64,000 nt of DNA from a virus (IMGVR_UViG_2814123190_000001:1693-65692); one strand, 5' to 3'. Shown: positions 1 through 9,675, counted from the first letter of the stretch. Translations and numbers: made by a program. Notes: generated by a model not told the origin, from the letters alone.

Positions 1-330
1 GTGGGGATTTAAAGGAGGATACGCTAAAACAAAGGAAAAGGAAGTCATTAGCCAAGCAACGCTTCCTACCATCATCACAAACCCAGTTAAGTATTTCGAT
101 CGAATACACTCATCTGACCCTATAAGAGAGAATAAGAATAGAGATAGAAAGATACCAATGTAGACTTCTCTACTAAATTTAAATCCAGAATAAACATCTA
201 AAAGTAAAAAGCTTGGGTCTACAATTAAGATAATTGACCAGATTAAATAAAAATTAATTAATACAAAGTCTGTGAGGTTATCTTTATTTGGTAGTAACTT
301 TCTTAAAACTATTCCTATTCTTTTTTTCAT
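1..330 (-). CDS. Partial multi-pass membrane protein, holin-like (runs off window start)
   Basis: Manual translation from ATG at 330: MKKRIGIVLRKLLPNKDNLTDFVLINFYLIWSIILIV...VAWLMTSFSFVLAYPPLNPH, open to base 1. Three hydrophobic segments; follows tail module. Holin call is inference. Confidence 0.55.
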   Translation of the reverse strand, partial: MKKRIGIVLRKLLPNKDNLTDFVLINFYLIWSIILIVDPSFLLLDVYSGFKFSREVYIGIFLSLFLFSLIGSDECIRSKYLTGFVMMVGSVAWLMTSFSFVLAYPPLNPH

Positions 331-340
331 GATAGTTATC

Positions 341-637
341 CTAATCAGTTGAGTTATATTTCTTATAATATTCAGGGTAATGCTTACGTTCCTTCTCAGA
401 TAGGTAAGATTGGTAGCAGTGATCTTCTTGCCAAAAGAAAAGTAAATCAATCATACGTCTCATCAATGCCCATCGCTTCTTCAAATGCTGCATTCGCCAA
501 GCTCTTGCTGATAGAGTTTCATCAGCATGACCTGCTAAGAGTGTATTAAATAACTGGTCAATAGCAATTGGAATTTGATAACCAAATGTACGTTTACTCA
601 TTGTCTTTCCACCCTTTACTGTAATCATAATCCACAA
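341..637 (-). CDS. Small phage protein of tail-fibre modules (probable start Met at ~601)
   Basis: IAIDQLFN..G..DETLSARAWR..IDLLFFWQ.DHC pattern commonly seen downstream of tail-fibre genes. Confidence 0.65.
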   Translation of the reverse strand: MWIMITVKGGKTMSKRTFGYQIPIAIDQLFNTLLAGHADETLSARAWRMQHLKKRWALMRRMIDLLFFWQEDHCYQSYLSEKERKHYPEYYKKYNSTD

Positions 638-1199
638 TAGCTAAACCATCACTTAAAGCATCTACTGCTTCATGGTGTCGCCTTTCAGCTGTATAGCACC
701 GCTGTAAGAATTTACCAATTAAGCCTGTAATCATTTCTAATTCACCAATGGTTAGAGTTACCCAACCACTTTTAGCTTTAAAATCTACTTTTGATTCTTT
801 GGTTAAACCAGCTAAATGAGAGTTAGAAACTACCGTTGATATTCTATTCTGGTCTTCTACAGTGGTAGCAATTCGAGTACCGTTAGGAAGTATTAAACCT
901 CCTGTCATTACTTCCCACCGCTTCTCTGTAATTTTATTCTTGATTTGGTTTTTTAGAATATTTAAATCAATTGGTTTAAGATCATACTCTGCAATGTATT
1001 GAATACCCTCTTGTTTCCAAGTCCTTGCATTAGAGAGTTCAATGGTATGAGTTCTCTTATCGTACTCTGGTTTAATATTAATAACTTTATAGATTCCCTG
1101 ATCAGCAAGTGCTTCATCAGTCATTGGTTTGTTATCATCACCAATCCAGTCAGGCCTATCAATAAAAGTATAGTTATGTTCTGTGATTCGGATATACAT
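594..1199 (-). CDS. DUF4376-like tail fibre assembly/chaperone protein
   Basis: C-terminal KITEKRWEVMTGG..IATTVEDQNRI..DFKAKSGWVTL..CYTAE..GW; directly downstream of fibre gene. Confidence 0.7.
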   Translation of the reverse strand: MYIRITEHNYTFIDRPDWIGDDNKPMTDEALADQGIYKVINIKPEYDKRTHTIELSNARTWKQEGIQYIAEYDLKPIDLNILKNQIKNKITEKRWEVMTGGLILPNGTRIATTVEDQNRISTVVSNSHLAGLTKESKVDFKAKSGWVTLTIGELEMITGLIGKFLQRCYTAERRHHEAVDALSDGLAIVDYDYSKGWKDNE

Positions 1200-3085
1200 T
1201 ATTGATCCTCCCCTCTAGGACAAGTACCCCATTTAGGGTGTTTTTCAGGTGAGTTTTCTAGGGGAGACCTTTCTGCAAAGAAAGAAGGTTTTGTTTTGAT
1301 CAATGGAACACACCACTCTGAGAGGTCCTGATTGAAGGTACTATTTTCATTGAAAGCATAATCCATATTAGTTACCTTAGATGTATTCCATTGGCTGATA
1401 TCCGTTACTTGTAAAAAAACTTCATCGCTTAAGAACCACCGCATACTAGTTAAATTACTGGTGTCCCAAGTACTAATGTCAGCAATTGTACCAATAGGAG
1501 TAGTATGATTATTGGGAAGTTCAAAGCCATTCGGCAAGGTAGAAATAAGCCTAGAAGTTATTACTTGAGACAGGGGAATTGTTTTGGTAACTCCATGCTT
1601 ATCTTGTATTGTTATGTGTAGGTAATTATCAATAATAGATAATTTTGATGTTTCACCGCCAAACAACTCATAAAATTTAATTTGTTTTCTTGCATATCTA
1701 GGTTGTTTACCTACCCAATTGTCATTATTATTTATCTTGTCCGCTGCAATGTAATACCATTTCCCCTCTAACTGATAAAACTTATCTTCCTCTGCGGAAA
1801 CCGTAGATACATAAGTTAGAGGCTTTCCTTCCCCATTAATTTTAAAAATAATAGGAGGAGCCCACATAGGGTGTTTGGAAGTATCTTCTTCAAATCCGGA
1901 ACCAGAGGCAAAATCTGCATTAGAGGCATTAGAACCATCCCACCTAGAGAGGTCCTGATTAAATGAAGTTGCTCCGTAGAACATTCGGTTCATGTTAAGG
2001 ACTGATGTTGTGTTCCAGCTGCTAATGTCTTGATTAAAGGATGTTGCTTCTTCAAACATGCTAGAGAAATCCGTAACATTAGAAGTGTCCCAATTACTAA
2101 TATCCTGATTAAATGAGGTTGCGCCTTCAAACATTCCCTCAAAATTTGTAACACCAGAAGTGTCCCACTTGCTAATATCCTGATTAAATGAAGTCGCATT
2201 ACGGAACATATATCTTAAGGAGGTTATTTTTCGGGGTAAATAATCAGGTACACGAGTTAGCCGATTACCAAAAATTCCGGTTATTGTCTCAATATCTTCC
2301 CCCCAATCAAGAACTTCCTTAATATGGTTACGCATATTCAAATCAGTAAAAAATGGTGATAAGCTCCTAAACCTTACATAATATGGTTTATTTGCCACAA
2401 GATTTCCAACGGAACTCCATGTTTTATTATCCTCACTAAACTCCCATTGAGTTTCTGTAGGATAGTTAAAAGGAGCAAAAAGCACTACTTTAATAGCAAC
2501 CCCTAAATCATTTCGATCTCCTTTGTTTGTAGAAGGTATGGTAGTAGGGTCTAATAAGTGAAATAGTTTATTTATATCTTTTTCTAAGGTTTCTTGATTT
2601 CTTACAATTTTTTTTCTTTCCTGATAACCATAATAAAATGACTTTGAGAAATCATTTAATGTTCCTGCTGTGAGTCTCATTTCAATGAGGTCTCCTGCTT
2701 CAAACATCAGATTAGTGTCATAATCAATATATTTAAAATTGTCAGGAGACTCCTCAGAAAGGCGCCACATTATTAATCCAGTATTCCTATTCCATTTATC
2801 AGCAGGGCTGAATTCAATTATTTGAAACTCTGTCGGGGAGCCTTTTCTTATTAAAGTAAATTTGGCGATAGCTTCTTCAGGATGATCTATGTAATTATCT
2901 GTGAAGTTCCTTAAATATTGATAAAGCTTATCATCTTCAGAAGTATCTATATATAACTTTCCATATGAAGAACCGCCTTGAAATGCTGAGTGTTCTCCCG
3001 GAGCTAGTACTTCAATAAAACCTCCCCACGATGCATAAAAAGGTCCTGCTAATTTTCCAGATAAATTATTTTCAAATACTTGCAT
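1199..3085 (-). CDS. Tail fibre/adhesin with DUF285 (BspA-like) 25-aa repeats
   Basis: N-terminal fibre-anchor-like region (MQVFENN...FEAGDLIEMRLTAGTLN); tandem F.xATSFNQDISxWDTSxVTxxxxM repeats and a second repeat block at the C-terminus. Confidence 0.75.
   Translation of the reverse strand: MQVFENNLSGKLAGPFYASWGGFIEVLAPGEHSAFQGGSSYGKLYIDTSEDDKLYQYLRNFTDNYIDHPEEAIAKFTLIRKGSPTEFQIIEFSPADKWNRNTGLIMWRLSEESPDNFKYIDYDTNLMFEAGDLIEMRLTAGTLNDFSKSFYYGYQERKKIVRNQETLEKDINKLFHLLDPTTIPSTNKGDRNDLGVAIKVVLFAPFNYPTETQWEFSEDNKTWSSVGNLVANKPYYVRFRSLSPFFTDLNMRNHIKEVLDWGEDIETITGIFGNRLTRVPDYLPRKITSLRYMFRNATSFNQDISKWDTSGVTNFEGMFEGATSFNQDISNWDTSNVTDFSSMFEEATSFNQDISSWNTTSVLNMNRMFYGATSFNQDLSRWDGSNASNADFASGSGFEEDTSKHPMWAPPIIFKINGEGKPLTYVSTVSAEEDKFYQLEGKWYYIAADKINNNDNWVGKQPRYARKQIKFYELFGGETSKLSIIDNYLHITIQDKHGVTKTIPLSQVITSRLISTLPNGFELPNNHTTPIGTIADISTWDTSNLTSMRWFLSDEVFLQVTDISQWNTSKVTNMDYAFNENSTFNQDLSEWCVPLIKTKPSFFAERSPLENSPEKHPKWGTCPRGEDQ
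1935..2210 (-). repeat. Four imperfect 75-bp tandem repeats encoding DUF285 units
   Basis: Recurring (tc)ctgattaaa at ~1954, 2029 (variant), 2104 and 2179, i.e. 75-nt period. Confidence 0.85.
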
Positions 3086-3088
3086 GAT

Positions 3089-3394
3089 TTAGAAATCCTT
3101 TATTTTTATTTTAAATTCGTCTTCTATTACTCTTCCAGATTTAGTAGTGGATCGGCATGTGATCTTATAGGTCTTTCCGTCAATCCCTTTAATCAACCAT
3201 ACTTTAATAACTTTCTCGGAAATATACGTGGCACTTGATTGGAGGGTATCTGGGTTATCTCCATCTACTTCTTCACTATCTGTAAATACTTCTAAACCAA
3301 TAATGAAATCTTCTTCGTCTAAGTCCTCTGAATAGTCGATACTGTATAATTCTTCTTCAGCAGGTTGCTTAATAAATGCACCTAATATAGCCAT
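3089..3394 (-). CDS. Putative fibre-tail adaptor protein
   Basis: FIKQP.E...YSIDY...VWL..G..G.TYKIT...TT.SGRV.EDEFKIKI pattern typical of small fibre adaptors; position in tail module. Confidence 0.6.
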   Translation of the reverse strand: MAILGAFIKQPAEEELYSIDYSEDLDEEDFIIGLEVFTDSEEVDGDNPDTLQSSATYISEKVIKVWLIKGIDGKTYKITCRSTTKSGRVIEDEFKIKIKDF

Positions 3395-3421
3395 ATCAAT
3401 ATTTCCTTTATTTATTTCTTA

Positions 3422-4597
3422 TTATTTAGACATTGATTGGGAACCTCTACTAGAGACCATCATTCGCTTATCAGGGCTTCTAGCATAGGAATACATAGTA
3501 TATTTTTCTAATCCTTTGATATGTACGTTTAATAAACCATTTCCTGTAAGGTATCCGTAACTAATAACAGGACATTTCACATACTTATGTATATTTAATA
3601 AATAATGCTCGCAGCTAGTTTTACTATTCCCACTAATAATAAAATCCCCTGAAGGGGTAATTTTTAATACGTTATCAGTAGTGATATTAGAAACGCCTTT
3701 AATTGATATTTTGGTATCTCTATAAGTAATTAAAGGCGGAGAATTTAAGTTACCTAATCCATATAAAACCCCATTGAAATACTGGATCTTATAGGTACTT
3801 GCATCAGCAGAGGAGAAACCATAAGCTAACGTATTAAAATGGATTCTCTTATTGGATACAACATATGTATTTGCCCTGCTCCGCAAAAAGGACTTACTAT
3901 CTCTAATAGCAAATACTTTGCCGTTAGTGGTACTACTCCCATTTATATGGCTTTCCATAAAATACTTCTTATGGAATTTCCACACATTTAAATCTGATTT
4001 AGCAATACCAGAAATATATGTATTTGGTTTTTTGAGGCGTTGGGCAACAGTTGAATTTTTACTTGTTCCAAATACTGAAGTATTTAAAAACTTCTTAGAA
4101 GATCTTTTAGAAGATACCTTGCTCTTACCTACAAGATTACTTACTACATTTACTATCTGATATGGATTAGCTGAAGCATCTGCAGAGCCTGAAATATAAC
4201 TTTCTGCATAAATAAATCCAGCAATATCTACAACCTTAATAGATATCCCAAATAGTTGAGATTCTCCATATGTTCTTCTAGATAGCGGAGAGTGGGTTAT
4301 TTTAGAATAGCCATTAAATTGCTCTACAATACCTGTACGGACTCTTGTAGTATCTACTAATGGGATAGTAGCCTTTCTTTTTAAAACCAGTCCAGAAGTG
4401 ATTGTAGAGTGTTTTTGAACATGTACTACAGCTGTACTTAATCCAGTTGAATCTTTTGGATTAGCTTTAGCTGAGCGGGTAATAGATACCTTATTAAAAG
4501 CTTTAGCGACACTATTAAGTATCGCCTCCGCTCTTATAATAGATGTTTTAGAAGATCCATTAATTACTTGGGAATTAATTACGGAATTATTAAGCAT
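3422..4597 (-). CDS. Basic Ser/Gly-rich virion appendage protein with degenerate ~24-aa periodicity
   Basis: MLNNSVINSQVING start; recurring GxS/GxA motifs; flanked by fibre-module genes. Confidence 0.5.
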   Translation of the reverse strand: MLNNSVINSQVINGSSKTSIIRAEAILNSVAKAFNKVSITRSAKANPKDSTGLSTAVVHVQKHSTITSGLVLKRKATIPLVDTTRVRTGIVEQFNGYSKITHSPLSRRTYGESQLFGISIKVVDIAGFIYAESYISGSADASANPYQIVNVVSNLVGKSKVSSKRSSKKFLNTSVFGTSKNSTVAQRLKKPNTYISGIAKSDLNVWKFHKKYFMESHINGSSTTNGKVFAIRDSKSFLRSRANTYVVSNKRIHFNTLAYGFSSADASTYKIQYFNGVLYGLGNLNSPPLITYRDTKISIKGVSNITTDNVLKITPSGDFIISGNSKTSCEHYLLNIHKYVKCPVISYGYLTGNGLLNVHIKGLEKYTMYSYARSPDKRMMVSSRGSQSMSK

Positions 4598-4635
4598 TTA
4601 AATTCCCTAATTTAATTAATTTCAGATGCTAGAAA

Positions 4636-5061
4636 TTAATCCAAGGCTACTGTAATAGCACCAATACCCATACTAAGAGCATCAGAAGGCTCTAGTGTTT
4701 TGGGCTGGGTTAGTGCAGCATGGAATAATAAATTGCCTCCAGTTGCTGCATCATAAATGCCCATATGAGTAATCGTAATAGTTTGACTGCCGTCTACTGG
4801 AGTAAAGGTAACTTCTTTAGTATTGCTTGTAGAACCTGCTGTAGGATTAGTCCATGCTTCAGAAGCTAATACACCCCCAGTTGCATCTACCCTTGCATAA
4901 CTCGGCCATTGTGTTTTCTGGACTTCTCTAGAAGCTGTACCTGCATCTGTAGGATTTGATGTAAATAATGCAATATAGGTTTTTTCAGGAGAGGTATAGG
5001 ATAGACCTCTTAAAGTGGCATCTAATAATTTATTTTCTAAGTAGTCTGAAAAAGCTGCCAT
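4636..5061 (-). CDS. Virion fibre/structural protein
   Basis: MAAFSDYLENKLL..YIALFT..P.D.G...EV....YARV..ITHMGIYDAATGGNLLF pattern of a widespread fibre-module protein. Confidence 0.7.
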   Translation of the reverse strand: MAAFSDYLENKLLDATLRGLSYTSPEKTYIALFTSNPTDAGTASREVQKTQWPSYARVDATGGVLASEAWTNPTAGSTSNTKEVTFTPVDGSQTITITHMGIYDAATGGNLLFHAALTQPKTLEPSDALSMGIGAITVALD

Positions 5062-5124
5062 TTCTATTTTCCTTATCGATAGTTAATGAAATTATTTGAT
5101 AAGTATAAATAGAAACATTTAGGC

Positions 5125-5313
5125 TCACTGCTTAGGGAATTTATCTTTAATACTGGCTATATACTTAATCCAATCTTCTGTTTCTTTAGGTAGTTTAATA
5201 CCTTGGTTTTGTATTGCTACAAAGCCTTTGTAGATAGCATCTATCTGATCTCCTATATAGGGATAATTAGCTAATCTATGAGGAATTGGATCTTCTTTAT
5301 GCTTTATTTTCAT
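5125..5313 (-). CDS. Small tail accessory protein
   Basis: R...YP.IGDQIDAIYKG..W......IK.KFPK motif seen after tail-tip genes. Confidence 0.6.
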   Translation of the reverse strand: MKIKHKEDPIPHRLANYPYIGDQIDAIYKGFVAIQNQGIKLPKETEDWIKYIASIKDKFPKQ

Positions 5314-5668
5314 ATGTCGTCTCCCAGTCTTTATACGGCCACGCTTGTACGGTTATGGTGTAAGTAGTAGGTTGGTCAAACTCAAGCTCTACAGTTTCAC
5401 TATTACACTCATACGGAGTATCATTAATGGTGATTGTGCAGGGATTAGGTAAATCCGTAAGCGTTAAACCCGTGATTTTCGTTTGTTGGTTTGGACGTTC
5501 TAAAACCTGCTCATTTTTAACGTAGTAATCCTCATAAGGATATTCCCTATCTACTAAAATGAGTTGCTTACCTTGTTCTCTTAAGGGAACTACTACTTCT
5601 TCAATTCCTTGAATGTGAGAAATTATTAGACCGTTAGTATCATATTCTATATACAAATTTATATTCAT
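5297..5668 (-). CDS. Tail accessory protein
   Basis: ORF between tail-tip gene and accessory gene; LP.PC.ITI...ELEFDQP..Y.I.V.AWPY. Confidence 0.55.
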   Translation of the reverse strand: MNINLYIEYDTNGLIISHIQGIEEVVVPLREQGKQLILVDREYPYEDYYVKNEQVLERPNQQTKITGLTLTDLPNPCTITINDTPYECNSETVELEFDQPTTYTITVQAWPYKDWETTYENKA

Positions 5669-5683
5669 TTTTTTTTTTTTATT

Positions 5684-7450
5684 TTATTTATACATGTATA
5701 AGGCGGTTATCCGACCTTCCCAATTAGGAAGAGCGTTTGCTAGATTATTAGTATTTGCTACAGCTACTATTTCTAGTCTATAAGTACTTCCAGCAGGAAG
5801 CCACCAAGAGGACGCACCATTAGATTTATATAGTAATGTGCTTCCCCTGTATGCCCTTAGCTGTATGTAAAAGCCCGTTTGAATAGAGTACGGCCTACTC
5901 CCGCCAAAGTCTCCGCTGCTTTCACGGTATCCTCTTTCAGTATATGCGTTCGTTCCAGTGACAGTACCTAGGATAAGCCTATTTGTATTTGCTGGTAATG
6001 TAGTAGTCCACAGTACTCTTTCAGCATTCCCTCCTGCGTATTTGTAATTACCACTATTAAATCGATCTCCGCCTCCCCGAGGATTGAAATGAGCCCCAGT
6101 TGTAACTGCATGATTTACAATCTGTGCTCTTCCAATTACATTAATATCTTTAATGGTCATCTCACCGTTATGGTTAACTGTAAATTTACCATTACCGAAA
6201 TTAATCCAAGCACCATTAGTAACTCCGTTACCAGAGCCCATACGGATCATACTATTACCATATTTGAATTCTAAGAAGTTACCATCTGCTTTACTGCCAA
6301 TTATCCAACCATTTTTTGAGTCTCCTATCCATTTATCATTGGACCGTATATTACTCCAACCAGAGCTTTTCATGTTAATAGTGCCCGCAGTAACAATACC
6401 CATATTTGCTGATATTGTAGATAATGATCCCACATTTAAATGATTAGCATTAACTGCATTGGTTTTAATGTGCTTGGCTTCAATTACTCCAGCATTTATA
6501 TGGGTAGAAGAAATAGCATTTGCTGCAATATTTCCTGCTCCTAAATTTCTGATAAAGGCATTGTTTATGTAGACATTTCCATTATCAATAATAAAGGGCT
6601 TTCTTTTAGCGTTACCAGAACCAACCCAGAAGCGATTTACATCGAATCCTGCTTCTACAGTCTTGCCTGTATTATGAATTCCAAAACCACCGACTAATCC
6701 ATTCACATCTACCTTGACGTGATAAAGTGCTCCTAGAGCCTCTGTCTTGTCTTCTAAGGACTTTGTTTTACCATCTAAGGCATCTATCCATGTTTTGGCT
6801 GTTGTCTCAACAGAGGCGATATTAGAGCCTAGAGAGGACTGTATAGTATTTACTTGAGAAGCCATGGCAGATAATTCAGTAGCTCGGATAGAAGCTTCTT
6901 CTTGTACCGCTGCTATAGCATCTCCTACAGTTCCTTGCATGGCTTTTAAGAAAGTACCAATAGCCTCAATTTCATTTTCATTATATTTGGCTTGTTCGGT
7001 AAGTCCATTTTCTAAATCTTCAATTTTATTAATACGCTCTTTTAATCCTTGGGCTAACATACCTTCATTAATCTGGTTTGTAAGAGCGTCCATTGTCTTA
7101 CCAATACCTGGCTTAGCAACTCCCATTGCAGGACCAACAGCAGAGTTCCTAATCCCACTCATAGCTAACGTAGCTACCCAGTAGTATTGGGGTACTCCTT
7201 CTTCCATTTCTGTATCGGTGTAAGAGTCTCCACCTACCCTAGCAATACGTTTAGCTGTAGAGAAATTAGGAGTAGTGCTTCTCCATACCTCATAATGAGC
7301 CACTCCTTGTGGGTTCGTTACTGGTACTTCCCACATTACTTTAATTAATCCAAAACCGCTAAATGTGGAAATCCCATATACGTTACTAGGGTCTCCCGGA
7401 TTAGGTACTAAAGTACCTCCTGTACCGCAGACAATATTAAATATTTCCAT
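5684..7450 (-). CDS. Tail tip/fibre protein (FN3-like N-terminus, coiled coil, DUF1983-like region)
   Basis: W....YEVWRS..F..A..Y.D..YYWV FN3-like segment; YHVKVDVNGLVGGFG...PFIIDNGNVYINNAFI; LSTISANMGIVTAG repeats as in lambda J-like tips. Confidence 0.75.
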   Translation of the reverse strand: MEIFNIVCGTGGTLVPNPGDPSNVYGISTFSGFGLIKVMWEVPVTNPQGVAHYEVWRSTTPNFSTAKRIARVGGDSYTDTEMEEGVPQYYWVATLAMSGIRNSAVGPAMGVAKPGIGKTMDALTNQINEGMLAQGLKERINKIEDLENGLTEQAKYNENEIEAIGTFLKAMQGTVGDAIAAVQEEASIRATELSAMASQVNTIQSSLGSNIASVETTAKTWIDALDGKTKSLEDKTEALGALYHVKVDVNGLVGGFGIHNTGKTVEAGFDVNRFWVGSGNAKRKPFIIDNGNVYINNAFIRNLGAGNIAANAISSTHINAGVIEAKHIKTNAVNANHLNVGSLSTISANMGIVTAGTINMKSSGWSNIRSNDKWIGDSKNGWIIGSKADGNFLEFKYGNSMIRMGSGNGVTNGAWINFGNGKFTVNHNGEMTIKDINVIGRAQIVNHAVTTGAHFNPRGGGDRFNSGNYKYAGGNAERVLWTTTLPANTNRLILGTVTGTNAYTERGYRESSGDFGGSRPYSIQTGFYIQLRAYRGSTLLYKSNGASSWWLPAGSTYRLEIVAVANTNNLANALPNWEGRITALYMYK

Positions 7451-7468
7451 GTACTGTTCTTTCCTTTA

Positions 7469-7496
7469 TTGTTCTAATTTTGGGGAATAGTATAAT
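7469..7496 (+). promoter_or_regulatory. Candidate sigma70-like promoter for thyX
   Basis: TTGTTC-N16-TATAAT upstream of AAGGA RBS and ATG at 7532. Confidence 0.4.
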
Positions 7497-7531
7497 CTTA
7501 AACTATTTAATCTTAAAGGATAATACTAATA

Positions 7532-8185
7532 ATGAATATCGTTAAAGAACTAACCGTAGATTACATTACTCACTCTGGAGATGATTTATTAGTTGTTAAT
7601 GCAGCAAGGGTATCGATGGATAAACACAAAGATGTATATGATGAATCCGACACTAAGCTAATTAATTACCTAGCTACCCATAATCACTTCACTCCTTTTA
7701 CTCACCCACAAATTACCCTACGAGAAGAAGTACCTATCTTTGTAGCTAGACAACGATTTAAGCATATGGTTGGTTTTACTTATAACGAAGTATCCCGTAG
7801 GTATGTATCCACTGAACCCAGTATTTATATGCCTCCTTCTTGGAGATACAAACCAGAGAAGAATATTAAACAAGGTAGTGGTGGGGATATGAGAGCAGAT
7901 ACAAATAGTCTAGTAAATTCATTAGTAATCTCCTCATTGGATAAAGCACTAATGACATATGATTCATTACTGGAATGTGAAGTAGCTCCAGAACAAGCCA
8001 GAATGGTATTACCGCAGAATATGATGACTTCTTATTATGTTACAGGTTCTTTGGCTGCGTTTGCTAGAGCGTATAAATTACGTATTTCTGAGGATTCTCA
8101 AAAAGAGATTCAGGAATTAGCTAAGAAGTGGAATGAGATTATTAGTAAGCTATATCCCGTTTCTTGGGCTGCGCTTATTATGTGA
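7532..8185 (+). CDS. thyX: FAD-dependent thymidylate synthase
   Basis: VNAARVS, H.TPF, ARQRFKH...NEVSRRY, APEQARMVLP, SQKEI motifs. Confidence 0.93.
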   Translation: MNIVKELTVDYITHSGDDLLVVNAARVSMDKHKDVYDESDTKLINYLATHNHFTPFTHPQITLREEVPIFVARQRFKHMVGFTYNEVSRRYVSTEPSIYMPPSWRYKPEKNIKQGSGGDMRADTNSLVNSLVISSLDKALMTYDSLLECEVAPEQARMVLPQNMMTSYYVTGSLAAFARAYKLRISEDSQKEIQELAKKWNEIISKLYPVSWAALIM

Positions 8186-8212
8186 AGTAATAGATATTAA
8201 GTATATTATTAC

Positions 8213-8231
8213 CACAGCTTCGCTGTGTCTA
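8213..8231 (+). promoter_or_regulatory. Candidate N4-type vRNAP hairpin promoter (class B)
   Basis: CACAGC-TTC-GCTGTG perfect 6-bp stem; template loop GAA; predicted +1 at A8231 by N4 P2 geometry; intergenic. Confidence 0.6.
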
Positions 8232-8368
8232 TGAATGTGGTAAGAGTTATCTAATAACTCTAGTTTATCTATCTAAGAAGTTAACTACTAAATCTACTAA
8301 TTAATTATATTAAATAAGAGTAGACCATCTAGTTGACTTCTAGTTCAAGATTCTAGCATGGATTTACT

Positions 8369-8674
8369 ATGTACAAACAAGATTTACTTTTTTACTTACA
8401 AAATAATAAAAACATTGATACTGAAAAAGTACCCTTAAAACAATATTCTAAATACTTCAGAGACGTCTCTGAATTGACATATATGGACGTATATTCTGTG
8501 TGCCAAGTATTTGGTATCTCAGACCCTTCAGGAGCGATTCAGCACGCTATTAAGAAGCTCCTATTAAGTGGTGTACGTACAGGCAATAAATCCCACTATC
8601 AAGACATAGAGGAAGCCAGAGACACTCTAAATCGATGGTTAGAGATGAACCATAATAAGAAGGAGAACATATGA
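8369..8674 (+). CDS. Conserved phage protein (DUF3310-like)
   Basis: DVY.V...F...QHAIKKLL..G.R.G.K...QDI.EA...L.R pattern. Confidence 0.6.
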   Translation: MYKQDLLFYLQNNKNIDTEKVPLKQYSKYFRDVSELTYMDVYSVCQVFGISDPSGAIQHAIKKLLLSGVRTGNKSHYQDIEEARDTLNRWLEMNHNKKENI

Positions 8675-9675
8675 GTAAATCCAAATATATTAATACTGAG
8701 CAGATTCACCCTGTTTTAGGGGTATTTCTAGCAGGGTCTTGCTACTCATATGATTTCTCTAATCCAGAGCCTAATGAGATTTCTGTAACCTCATTAATTA
8801 AACCAGTAAAAAGAACTTTACTTTCTCAACGTGTTCCTATGGATTTAGCCAAAGCTGATTTACTGGGAAATGTTCAGAGAAGTATTGGTACGGCTATCCA
8901 TAATGAGATTGAGTCCTCTTGGAAGAATAGCCATAAAGAAGCATTAGCGGATTTAGGCTATCCAGAGAGTATAATTAATCGATTTCTCATTAACCCTAAA
9001 CCAGAAGAATTAACTCCTGCTTCTATACCTGTATACATTGAGAATCGATCTAGAAAGGAAAATGTATACAAGGACTATGTAGTTACTGGTAAATATGACT
9101 TCATATTTAATGGTGTGGTAGTAGATATTAAAACTACATCTACCTACTCCTATATGGCTGATAGCAGTTCTAATGACTATATCCTTCAGGGCAGTATGTA
9201 CCGCTGGCTTAATCCAGAAAAGATTACTGAAGATTATATGACCATTGCATATATCTTTACAGACTATTCTCAAACCAGAGCAAATACTAATCCTGATTAT
9301 CCTCAACAGAGAATAGCTACCAGAGACTTTCATCTAATGACTTATCAAGAGACAGAGAGATGGATTAAAGAAAGGCTTTTCTTATTGGATTCCTTAAAGA
9401 ATAGTCCTGAAGCTGATATGCCTGACTGTACTGATGAGGAATTATGGCGTACAGAGACTGTATATAAATATTATAAAGACCCTAGTAAAACCACTAGAAG
9501 TACTAGGAACTTTACTAGCAAACAGGAAGCTATGGTTTACATGGCAACTAAAGGTAATGGTAAAGGAATAATCCTTGATGTTCCCGGTGAGGTTAGAGCC
9601 TGTAAATACTGTCCTGCATTTCCTATCTGCGAGCAAAAAGACTCATTAATTGCTTCAGGAGACCTAGTACTTTAA
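8671..9675 (+). CDS. PD-(D/E)XK exonuclease, N4 gp42-like, Cas4-like Cys cluster
   Basis: ISVTSLIKP, GTAIH, TGKYD...DIKT, LQGSMY, C-terminal CKYC.....C; precedes primase as in N4. Confidence 0.8.
   Translation: MSKSKYINTEQIHPVLGVFLAGSCYSYDFSNPEPNEISVTSLIKPVKRTLLSQRVPMDLAKADLLGNVQRSIGTAIHNEIESSWKNSHKEALADLGYPESIINRFLINPKPEELTPASIPVYIENRSRKENVYKDYVVTGKYDFIFNGVVVDIKTTSTYSYMADSSSNDYILQGSMYRWLNPEKITEDYMTIAYIFTDYSQTRANTNPDYPQQRIATRDFHLMTYQETERWIKERLFLLDSLKNSPEADMPDCTDEELWRTETVYKYYKDPSKTTRSTRNFTSKQEAMVYMATKGNGKGIILDVPGEVRACKYCPAFPICEQKDSLIASGDLVL

Noticed and set aside
1935-2210. 75-bp repeats as CRISPR array or DGR template/variable repeat
   Set aside because: In-frame coding repeats without spacers; differences not adenine-specific; no cas or reverse transcriptase in window.
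8671-9675. Cas4 indicating a CRISPR system
   Set aside because: Syntenic N4 gp42-like exonuclease; no array or other cas genes.
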